From Longimicrobiales bacterium (GTDB lineage Bacteria > Gemmatimonadota > Gemmatimonadetes > Longimicrobiales > Gaopeijiaceae), in NCBI GenBank assembly GCA_965248195.1, contig CBDFIQ010000002.1:1632001-1696000 (forward strand): a stretch of 64,000 bases of DNA, in the 5' to 3' direction. The notes under the pieces are model-generated. The model had not been told where the DNA came from. It was given only the letters and a program-made list of their open reading frames with translations, and ran no database searches. This document shows, piece after piece, positions 40,212 through 48,679 of this stretch. The translations under genes and the position numbers were made by a program. How positions within the stretch are numbered: position 1 is the first letter of the stretch; every line of letters begins with the position of its first letter.

Positions 40212-42650
40212 ATGGACTTCCTGTTGAGAGATCTTCGCTTCGCGGTTCGCAACTTGCGGAAGCACCCCACGTTCTCGGTGGTGGCGGTCATAAGCATCGC
40301 TCTCGGAATCGGCGCCAACACGGCGATCTTCAGCGTGGTGAACGGGGTGTTGCTACGGGACCTACCCTACGAGGCGCCCGAAGAGCTGGTGCGTATCTGG
40401 TCCACGAACATGGAACGGGGCGTGCCCTTCGGGTTCATGTCCCCGCCCGACATCGCGGACTATCAAAGCCAGAACCAGACCTTTGCCGAGGTGGCGGCAT
40501 ACTCCGAGGCGGAGCTGGCGATGATCGACCGCAATGAGTCGGCCATCAAGGTCACGGGAACGTGGGCAGGGGACAACTTATTCTCGGTACTGGGCGTCGA
40601 CGCGCTCATCGGCCGGACGTTCCTCCCGGAGGATGGGGAGGCCGGAGCCGCCAAGGTGATGGTCCTAGCGAACGGGTTCTGGCAGAGTCGCTTCGGCGGC
40701 GATCCGGGGGTCATCGGCGAGTCCTTTGTCGTAGAGGAGAACGCCTACACCGTGGTGGGAGTCATGCCACCCGGCTTCGACTTCCCCGGAAACTCGAGCT
40801 TCTGGCTCAATCGTTATCTGCTGTCTTACCCGGGCCGTTACGCTCGCTGGATGGACGTCGTGGGCCGGATGGGCCCTGGCGTCGGTATTGAGGCGGCTCG
40901 AGCCGACTTCGCCGGAATCGCCGTCCGACTCGAGGACCAGTATCCGGGAACCAACCGGGCCTACGCCACGACGCTGATCCCGCTCCACGAAGCCGTTGTA
41001 GGTGAAACACGCGCTCCGTTGCTCATCCTGCTCGGGGCCACCGGACTCTTGCTCCTGATCGCTTGTGCCAACGTCACCAACCTCCTGTTGGCGCGGATGG
41101 CGGACCGTGGTCGTGAGATCGCGGTCCGGACGGCGATGGGGGCGGGGCGTGTCCGGCTGAGTCGCCAGATGCTCACCGAAAGCCTGGTGCTGGCCGGAGC
41201 CGGCGCCGTTGTCGGGCTGCTCCTGGCCAGGGTCGGCATCGATGTCCTCATCGCGCTCGGCCCCGAGAACCTCCCTCGCCTCGACGAGGTCCGCTTCGAC
41301 GAGAACGTGTTTATCTTCACCCTCGGGAGCACCGTTCTCACTGGCCTGCTGTTCGGGCTCGCGCCGGTGCTGCGCTTGATGGGCACTGATGTGCAACGGG
41401 TGCTCAAGGAGGGCGGAAGGAGCGCGACCGTGGGTTCGGGCCGCGAGCGTCTGCGTAACGGACTGGTCATGACGGAGATCGCGCTTGCGGTGATGGTGGT
41501 GGTCGGCGCCGGACTCCTAGCTCGCAGCTTTTCGCGACTCATGGACACCGATCCGGGCTTCAACGCCCGGGGTGTGCTCACACTCCAGGTCGAGGTCCCC
41601 ACGGGGAGCTATCGGGAAAATACCGAGGTGGCCGATTATTACGCCACGCTTACGCAGCGCCTGACCGACGTGCCGGGCGTCGAATCCGTCGCGGCCACGG
41701 CGGCCCTTCCGTTCGCCCGTGAGATCCCGTTCCTGGGTAACTTCGTCGTAGAGGACCGTGCTGCACCCATGGAGGGAGAGGAGCCGACGGCCCACTATCG
41801 GCAAGTGACCCCGGGATACTTTCGTACCATGGGAATCGATCTGATCGAGGGACGGGAGTTCGACATTCAAGACGACGGCACGTCCCGTGGTGTCGTGGTC
41901 GTCAACGAGGCTCTGGCCCGTCGGTACTTCCCGGACGAGGATCCCATCGGAAGAACCATCGATGGGCTGCCCCCCCATATAGCCCTCGGCGGTTTTCTGG
42001 TAAACCGATTCGAAATCGTTGGGATCGTCGAAGACGTGAGCTATTTCGGCTTGGCGGAAGCCCCACGGCCGTCGCTGTATTTCCCGGTCGCCCAAGCCCC
42101 GTTCCGGCGCATGAATTTCACGATCCGGACGGCGGGTGTACCCGAGGGCCTGATCGCTGCGATACGCGGTGAAATCGTCTCCATGGATCCCACGGTGCCC
42201 ATCGCCCGAGTCCAGACGATGGAACGGATCTTGTCCAACTCGGTTGCGAGGGACCGTTTCAGCATGCTGCTCCTCACGCTCTTCGCGGTCATCGCGCTGG
42301 TCTTGGCTTCGGTGGGGATCTACGGCGTGACGTCCTATTCCATCTCGCAGCGCACCGCCGAGATGGGTATTCGAATGGCTGTGGGGGCGAACCCCGGCGA
42401 CGTCCTGAAGCTGGTGATGGTGAGTGGCGCTAAGCTGGCCCTTTCAGGAGTCGCGCTGGGGCTCCTCGGCGCGGCCGCACTGAGCCGCATCATGGCCAGC
42501 CAACTGTACGGCGTCGGTGCCACCGATCCATTAACCTTCGCAGGTGTAGCGCTCGTTCTGGCGTTGGTCGCGCTGGCGGCTACGTATGTGCCGGCGCTGC
42601 GTGCTGCGCGAATCGATCCCGTCCTGGCGATACAGGGGGAGGGTCGGTAG
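40212..42650 (+). CDS. ABC permease, duplicated MacB/FtsX (ADOP) family
   Basis: DLRFAVRNL, ALGIGANTAIFS, LLIACANV, REIAVR, EMGIRMAVGA, PALRAARIDP; no ATPase gene adjacent. Confidence 0.93.
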   Translation: MDFLLRDLRFAVRNLRKHPTFSVVAVISIALGIGANTAIFSVVNGVLLRDLPYEAPEELVRIWSTNMERGVPFGFMSPPDIADYQSQNQTFAEVAAYSEAELAMIDRNESAIKVTGTWAGDNLFSVLGVDALIGRTFLPEDGEAGAAKVMVLANGFWQSRFGGDPGVIGESFVVEENAYTVVGVMPPGFDFPGNSSFWLNRYLLSYPGRYARWMDVVGRMGPGVGIEAARADFAGIAVRLEDQYPGTNRAYATTLIPLHEAVVGETRAPLLILLGATGLLLLIACANVTNLLLARMADRGREIAVRTAMGAGRVRLSRQMLTESLVLAGAGAVVGLLLARVGIDVLIALGPENLPRLDEVRFDENVFIFTLGSTVLTGLLFGLAPVLRLMGTDVQRVLKEGGRSATVGSGRERLRNGLVMTEIALAVMVVVGAGLLARSFSRLMDTDPGFNARGVLTLQVEVPTGSYRENTEVADYYATLTQRLTDVPGVESVAATAALPFAREIPFLGNFVVEDRAAPMEGEEPTAHYRQVTPGYFRTMGIDLIEGREFDIQDDGTSRGVVVVNEALARRYFPDEDPIGRTIDGLPPHIALGGFLVNRFEIVGIVEDVSYFGLAEAPRPSLYFPVAQAPFRRMNFTIRTAGVPEGLIAAIRGEIVSMDPTVPIARVQTMERILSNSVARDRFSMLLLTLFAVIALVLASVGIYGVTSYSISQRTAEMGIRMAVGANPGDVLKLVMVSGAKLALSGVALGLLGAAALSRIMASQLYGVGATDPLTFAGVALVLALVALAATYVPALRAARIDPVLAIQGEGR

Positions 42651-42707
42651 GGGCTCAACGACACCTACGGCGGCTCTCTTGTCGCCGCAGAGTGCGGGCG
42701 CCGGGGC

Positions 42708-43229
42708 TCACTGCACCCCGGGACCCGCGATCAACGCCCCATTCTCGAACGTATACACACCCTGCATCCAGACCCCGGGGAGGAGTGCGACGTTGTCCGA
42801 CACGGCCATCACCACCTGAAAGCTCGGGTCGATCCGCAGCGTCATCTGCAGCCACCACTCCTGATTGGGGCCCCGATCGTTGGGAGAGTCGTAGGCGTCG
42901 GCCTGCCCGTTCAGGAGCCGGGAGTTGATGCTTCCCTGGTAGCCGACCATCGATCGCAGCGGCTCGAACGTTACCAGATCGAACGCCGGATCCGACGCGG
43001 CATTGGGGTAGATGTAATTGTTCACGTAGAACTCTTCGAGCCCATGGAAAAGGATCCTTCCGTCCGCGACAACCGACGTGAGGTGTGCCTTGACCTGCAG
43101 GTCCCGCGTTACCAGACCCGCGATCCCCGCGAGGAGCCCGACGATCACGGTGACGATCATCAACTCAATTAGCGTGAATCCACGCTGGTGTTCGGGATGC
43201 GCAAGCGCCCGAACGGACCCGGTATTCAT
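42708..43229 (-). CDS. Type IV pilin / pseudopilin
   Basis: QRG|FTLIELMIV class III signal with E5; lacks Pro22. Confidence 0.88.
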   Translation of the reverse strand: MNTGSVRALAHPEHQRGFTLIELMIVTVIVGLLAGIAGLVTRDLQVKAHLTSVVADGRILFHGLEEFYVNNYIYPNAASDPAFDLVTFEPLRSMVGYQGSINSRLLNGQADAYDSPNDRGPNQEWWLQMTLRIDPSFQVVMAVSDNVALLPGVWMQGVYTFENGALIAGPGVQ

Positions 43230-43354
43230 GGAAAAAAATGGGCCGCTACGGGGGATTCTACAAGGCTCGTGGCTCAAAACCGTGGGTCGCGGAGAGAATA
43301 ATGCCCCATATTGTAGGTATGAACCCTCGAACAAAATGTGATTCTCTCCGTCAG

Positions 43355-43762
43355 ATGGAGCCCTGCGTAGCTCCCCTGCAGCGATGCGGTGGGTTCACGC
43401 TGATCGAACTCATGATCGTCACGGTCATCATCGCGCTCCTTGCGGCGATCGCGCTTCCGCAGTTCGGCGGTATCCGCCAAAGGGCATACAACACCGCCGC
43501 TCTGGCGGATCTCAACAACGCCAACAAGGAGATCGAGCGCTTCTTCAACGAGCACTATGCGTACCCGACGGACGACGACGAGCTCATCGCTGAGGGATAC
43601 ACACACACCTCCGGCGTTGCGTTCACCACGTTCGGCATCAGAGATGCCGGCGGTCCCGATGAGCGCGTACATATGCACATCGACCACGAGGCGTCGAGAC
43701 AGTACTATCACTACGAGTATCCCAAGGGTTATACGGGAGTGCCCGAACTCCGCTGGAAGTAG
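43355..43762 (+). CDS. Type IV pilin, aromatic-rich, Geobacter PilA-like N-terminus
   Basis: GG|FTLIELMIVTVIIALLAAIALPQF...AYNTAALADL...FF...YAYP. Confidence 0.9.
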   Translation: MEPCVAPLQRCGGFTLIELMIVTVIIALLAAIALPQFGGIRQRAYNTAALADLNNANKEIERFFNEHYAYPTDDDELIAEGYTHTSGVAFTTFGIRDAGGPDERVHMHIDHEASRQYYHYEYPKGYTGVPELRWK

Positions 43763-43775
43763 TCCCCTGGCCCGA

Positions 43776-44240
43776 TCAGTTCGGATCGAGGGACACGTCC
43801 TCCACGATCCATCCCGTCTCGGCCGTGAACTGCAGTTGGCAGAGGACTTCGTCCCTGGTCCGGCGTCTGCCGTCCTGGAGCTCTACCGCCAACCGCACTT
43901 CGTACTCCCCACCCTGCAGGTACTCGGGTCCGCCGGGGCCCACGATCGAGGGATTCCGGGCAGCCAAGCGAGACTCGACCGCTTCGCGACAGACGCGGAC
44001 CGCCTCTTCCTCTGAGTGTAGGGCCTCGACTTCGGGATCGGGACCGACCTCCCTGGTGGCTGTGGCCCAGAGGTTGAGCGCCACCAGCACGACTACTGCG
44101 ACCATCGCTTTCTTCATCCAGCCCCGAGAGTATCCCCACGGGAGGCCGAGAGGACCCTTCGACAGGGCTCCGCAGTGAGGGCAGTCCGACCGACCGCGTG
44201 TGAACTTGCGGTCGCAGAGGTGACAGGTTTTTTGCGCCAA
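43776..44240 (-). CDS. Small membrane protein with N-terminal zinc ribbon
   Basis: CHLC..CPHC, one TM, extracytoplasmic domain with two Cys; TTG start. Confidence 0.65.
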   Translation of the reverse strand: MAQKTCHLCDRKFTRGRSDCPHCGALSKGPLGLPWGYSRGWMKKAMVAVVVLVALNLWATATREVGPDPEVEALHSEEEAVRVCREAVESRLAARNPSIVGPGGPEYLQGGEYEVRLAVELQDGRRRTRDEVLCQLQFTAETGWIVEDVSLDPN

Positions 44241-44252
44241 CGGTTTTTTCCC

Positions 44253-44633
44253 TTAACAGCAGGAACAGGTGGGTCCGCCGTCTGCAAAGAACTCACTGCT
44301 GGCGTTGCGGACCTCGTTGCGGCCGGCGTCGCCACGAGCCAGTCCAAGTGGTCGCCACCCCACGCCGGTCCGGCGTAGTGGCGTACGTTCCCACGAAGAG
44401 CGTTCCGCTCGCGACGTCGTTCCAATCCAACGCAGCCAGCCGAGCCCGCGGTCGTTCAGCTCGGGGAAGACCGATTGGGCTCGAGATCGGGCGACCGATA
44501 GTGCTCTAGATCCGTCAGCCGGGACCGGCGCAGCATGGAGTTCCTCGGGATACGATCCGATCGCTGCCGCACCGACTACCGCTCCTGCACCCTTGATGAA
44601 ATTTCGTCGAGTGGGTCCCCGGTCCGGCTTCAT
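44253..44633 (-). pseudogene. Internally deleted Tat-exported protein (three-segment remnant)
   Basis: TRRNFIKG leader; the codon-like frame switches after GLGWLR and returns before ...GGPTCSCC*. Confidence 0.6.
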
Positions 44634-44888
44634 ACCATGTCTCTCGGTTGGCGAGTGAACTCGTTTGGTCGGCGTTGGGAATTGTTTGTTCGGTGTGTGA
44701 ACTCTCTACATGGATGGTATGGATCGACCCGCACGCTTCACAAGGGTGCAGGTTGGGAGCCACCAGGCCACGGCCCGTGAGGGCTGAACGGGCATCTGAA
44801 TCTTCGGATTGCCGGGCTGGGGTAGCCCACATAGCTTTGCAACGATCCAGACGCGATGATTCGCCCGGCCACCTAGGGAGGCCCTTCG

Positions 44889-45845
44889 ATGTCACACATG
44901 GACCGAAAAGGACTGGCCCTCGTGGCCGCACTCATTGCTACGAACACGATCCCTGCAGCGGGCGCTCAGGCCCAAGGGACTCGGGGCCAAGAGTCGCCTT
45001 ACCGCCTCGTGGACGGCTGGGCTCAATTGCCCAACGGCGTAGACGCATGGGGCCAGACCATCGGGCTCGACATGGATGGCGACGGCAACCTCTGGGTCTT
45101 CCATCGGTGTTTTTCGACGAGCTGCAACGAGGGGCGCGAGAACGTGACGCCTGTTCTCAAGTACGACCCCTCGGGCCGACTCTTGGAGAGCTGGGGCGAG
45201 GGGATGTTCATCTGGCCTCACGGGTTTTTCCTGGACGCGGACGGGAACGTCTGGACGACGGATGCCCGCGGGGAGGACGGCAAGGGCCATCAAGTCTTCA
45301 AGTTCACTCCGGACGGTAGGCTCTTGATGACCCTCGGCACCGCCGGGGTCGCCGGTGACGGGGAAGACACGTTCGATGGTCCTGCCGACGTAGCCGTGGC
45401 ACCCAATGGAGACATTTTCGTGGTCGATGGACACGGCAACAACCGGGTCGTGAAGTTCGCGAAAGACGGTCGGTTCATCATGGAGTGGGGCGGGGCAGGG
45501 ACGGGCCCCGGGCAATTCAACGAGCCCCACTGCCTCGCCTTCGACTCCAGAGGACGGCTCTTTGTGGGCGACCGTGTGAATCAGAGAATTCAGGTCTTCG
45601 ATCAGAACGGACGCTACCTCGCCGAGTGGCCGGGCATCATGGCGAGCGGGATGTACATCACCGATGACGACGTGCTCTATGTCGCGGACTACCAGTTGAG
45701 AGAGAGGATCGTGATCGCGAACGCCAGCGACTTTTCGGAGATCGGCTTCATCGACGCGCTGCCCGAGGGCGTGGCCGTGGACCTAATGGGGAACGTGTAC
45801 GCGGGAGAGGTCGCGGGGAGGAATCTGAAGAAGTTTACGAGATAA
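44889..45845 (+). CDS. NHL-repeat protein, peptidyl-alpha-hydroxyglycine amidating lyase (PAL)-like
   Basis: Signal peptide; WPHG, WTTD, GHQVFKF, PADVAV, DGHGNNRV, PH..DR.N.RIQVF. Confidence 0.87.
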   Translation: MSHMDRKGLALVAALIATNTIPAAGAQAQGTRGQESPYRLVDGWAQLPNGVDAWGQTIGLDMDGDGNLWVFHRCFSTSCNEGRENVTPVLKYDPSGRLLESWGEGMFIWPHGFFLDADGNVWTTDARGEDGKGHQVFKFTPDGRLLMTLGTAGVAGDGEDTFDGPADVAVAPNGDIFVVDGHGNNRVVKFAKDGRFIMEWGGAGTGPGQFNEPHCLAFDSRGRLFVGDRVNQRIQVFDQNGRYLAEWPGIMASGMYITDDDVLYVADYQLRERIVIANASDFSEIGFIDALPEGVAVDLMGNVYAGEVAGRNLKKFTR

Positions 45846-45866
45846 CTTATTGCTAGGCTTAGCATT

Positions 45867-45910
45867 AAAGGACGGCCCCTCCACGAAGTTCTCGGGAGGG
45901 GCCGTCCTTT
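45867..45910. terminator. Bidirectional terminator hairpin, 16-bp perfect stem
   Basis: AAAGGACGGCCCCTCC / GGAGGGGCCGTCCTTT between convergent genes. Confidence 0.85.
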
Positions 45911-45929
45911 GTCCGTGGCTGACTAAGGC

Positions 45930-47024
45930 CTACCGCCTCGAAGATCTCACCAAGGCACCTCCACCGGACACCACCGCTCCGTAGACGTTACCGGCAGCGT
46001 CCACCGCCACGCCCTCGGGGTTCGAGCCATTGGGATAGGCATCCACAGCTCCGTCGATGAGCGTCGTGACGATACCGTCCCTGAGGCTCCCAACCCGAAT
46101 GGCCGGCTTCCAGCCCGGGTTGCGGACATCGTCGAACGCCGACTCCGAATCGGCCACGTAGATGATGTCGTCATACCTGATGTAGATCCCGCTCGGCCGG
46201 CCGAACTGCTTGAACTCACCCACGTACGTACCGTCCGTCTCGAAAATCTGCAGGCGGTTGTTGCCCCGGTCGCCGACAACCAAGCGGCCCCGGGAATCCA
46301 TGTCCAATGCGTGCGGAGTCCGCAGGTCGCCGGGACCTGATCCCCATTGGCCCCAGGATTGAAGAAACCGGCCGGTTCTGTCGAACTTGACGATGCGCGC
46401 CACGGTTTCCGGTGTGGCATCCTCGCTCTGGCCCCCGTGGCCGTCCCCGATATAGATGTTGCCGTCGGCGTCGATGACGACATCGTTCGGTGTATTGAGC
46501 AACTCATCGGTTCCGTCACCGGCGACCCCGAGTGTGCCGAGCGTCAGCAGGACCTCCCCCTGGGGGCTGAGCTTGATGACCACGTGGCCCCTGCCCGCTG
46601 TGTTCGGGTTGTTGGGGTTCGGTCCTTGCGCGTCCGTCACCCACACGTTGCCGTCACGGTCCACGTGCAGCCCGTGAGGGAAGAGAAACAGCCCGCCGCC
46701 CATGCTGGCCACCACGTTGCCATCCGGATCGAACTTGAGAATGGGATTGGCGTCCGACCCTGCGCAGCTGTTGCCGCCACATCGGTCGATGGCCCAGAGG
46801 TGGATGCCGTCCGGATCGATATCGACGCCGGCCGTCGACCCCCACGTCCTTCCGTCGGGCAGCCTCGCCCACCCGTCCACACTGCGATACGGGTTGGGTA
46901 GATCATTGATTGGCGGGATGCTGACGTTTCCCAGGGTCTGGGCAACCGCCCCCTCGACCACCACCACCATCAGTGCGGCACCGGCGAGCGCCAGCGTCGA
47001 TCCTACTAGTCTTGAGACCGTCAT
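45930..47024 (-). CDS. NHL-repeat protein, PAL-like (paralogue)
   Basis: SD AAGGGGGAG; signal peptide; RCGGNSC, FPHG, GDGHGG, PHAL, DRGNNRLQIF, PEGVAVD. Confidence 0.87.
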   Translation of the reverse strand: MTVSRLVGSTLALAGAALMVVVVEGAVAQTLGNVSIPPINDLPNPYRSVDGWARLPDGRTWGSTAGVDIDPDGIHLWAIDRCGGNSCAGSDANPILKFDPDGNVVASMGGGLFLFPHGLHVDRDGNVWVTDAQGPNPNNPNTAGRGHVVIKLSPQGEVLLTLGTLGVAGDGTDELLNTPNDVVIDADGNIYIGDGHGGQSEDATPETVARIVKFDRTGRFLQSWGQWGSGPGDLRTPHALDMDSRGRLVVGDRGNNRLQIFETDGTYVGEFKQFGRPSGIYIRYDDIIYVADSESAFDDVRNPGWKPAIRVGSLRDGIVTTLIDGAVDAYPNGSNPEGVAVDAAGNVYGAVVSGGGALVRSSRR

Positions 47025-47189
47025 GGCTGTCTCCCCCTTCTCAAAGGTTCGTTCATTTCCAGCCCCGGCGGGCCGAGCCACGGGTCGTCCTGTGGATTGC
47101 CTCGGGCCAGAACACAATAGGGAGGGAAATTAGGAGACGATTGCGAGATAGCAACCGGCCGGAGACGAACGAGGAAACTTCGAGATTGC

Positions 47190-48650
47190 CTACGATGCAT
47201 AGTCCTCCAGGATCAATTGCGCCCGGTCCTCTTCGGAGACGAGTCGGCGGTATGCGCGAGCCGCGAGCCAGAATGCGAGCCCCGCTGCACCGAGCGTCCC
47301 GAGGATGAACCACTCGAGGGGCCAAACGAGCATGCTCGGGCTCCCAGGGACCAGCATCACGAGGAGGATAAACAGCGAGCCGGCAGCGGCCACGTAGGCG
47401 AGCGCGTTCCCGCCGGGCATTCTGTACGGACGTTCTAACCCGGGGAATTTCTTGCGCAGTTGGATGAGCGAGAGCGCCACCCCCAGGAACGCCAGCGCGA
47501 TACAAAACGATCCGACGTCGACGAAGGCGATGATCGCCCCTCGGCCGAGCCACGCAGAGAGGAACGTTACCAGACCGCTGAACAGTACCGCGTTGGTGGG
47601 GGTCCCGAATCGAGGATGCGTCCGGCCGAACGATGCGTGGATGATGTGTCCCCGCCCCAGCGAAAACAGCACGCGGGAGCCAGCCAGGAAAAAGCCGTTC
47701 CAACTCGTGAGCAGCCCGATGAGCCCGGCGACAAGCACGAGCCTCACGAGCAGCTCGGACTCGAATGCCGACGAGAACGCCGCGGCCGTGGGAAGCTCTT
47801 CGCCGACGAGGCTCCGCCAAGGCGCGGTCATACCCGCTCCGATTATGATCGCAACGTAGAAAACCGTCGAGCCGATAATGGCGAGAATGACATAGATGCC
47901 GAGCCGATGGAGCGGCGAGTCCTCGCGGCGCTCCTCGGCGGCCTGGGGAATCGTGTCGAAGCCGACGTACCAGAAGGGAACGGTCACGAAGACGGCAAGC
48001 ATTCCGGCCAAGCCGCCGCTCCCGAGAGCGCGGTCCCCGAAATAGGGGGCAAGGTTGCCGATCTCGCCGCTGGCGATGCCCGAGACGACGAAGAGGAGGG
48101 CACACAGCAGAAAAACGCCCGTCAACACGATCTGGACCCGCGAGGCGATCGCTACACCGAAATAATTGATGGCGGTGATGAAGCCGGTAAAGACGAAGGC
48201 CAGCAGTAGGTGCGAGGCGTAGACCGTGGAGCCTGCGATTTCGTACAGCGGAAGCACGTCGATTTGCGGAAACAGAAACGAAAGGACCAGACCCACCGAA
48301 ATCGCCTCGAACGCCGAGACGGACAGGTAGCCGAAGGCGAGGAACCACCCGATCACGAAGGCCTTGGAGGTGCCGTAGGCCTTATAGGCATAGGCCACCT
48401 CTCCACCGGTCACCGGAAGCATGGGTGTGACCTCGGCGTAGCAGAGCCCGATGATCAGCATGAGCGCGCCGCCTGCCATAAACGCTACGATCGCCCCGAC
48501 GGGGCCGGCTTGCTCGAACCAGCCGCCCAGGGCGGTGATCCAACCGACACCGATCATCGAGCCGAACGCGAGCGCGAAAAATCCGAATCCGCTGATCGCC
48601 CTTTTCAGCTCCGGGCGTGCGGTGGATGACTCGGTATCGATGGTCGGCAT
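47190..48650 (-). CDS. APC family amino acid permease
   Basis: GSMIGVG, YAE..P..GG, YVGFD, AEE, SR..FS; ~12 TM. Confidence 0.93.
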   Translation of the reverse strand: MPTIDTESSTARPELKRAISGFGFFALAFGSMIGVGWITALGGWFEQAGPVGAIVAFMAGGALMLIIGLCYAEVTPMLPVTGGEVAYAYKAYGTSKAFVIGWFLAFGYLSVSAFEAISVGLVLSFLFPQIDVLPLYEIAGSTVYASHLLLAFVFTGFITAINYFGVAIASRVQIVLTGVFLLCALLFVVSGIASGEIGNLAPYFGDRALGSGGLAGMLAVFVTVPFWYVGFDTIPQAAEERREDSPLHRLGIYVILAIIGSTVFYVAIIIGAGMTAPWRSLVGEELPTAAAFSSAFESELLVRLVLVAGLIGLLTSWNGFFLAGSRVLFSLGRGHIIHASFGRTHPRFGTPTNAVLFSGLVTFLSAWLGRGAIIAFVDVGSFCIALAFLGVALSLIQLRKKFPGLERPYRMPGGNALAYVAAAGSLFILLVMLVPGSPSMLVWPLEWFILGTLGAAGLAFWLAARAYRRLVSEEDRAQLILEDYAS

Positions 48651-48679
48651 GGGCCCTTGCTCTATCGAGCGATCGGCGT

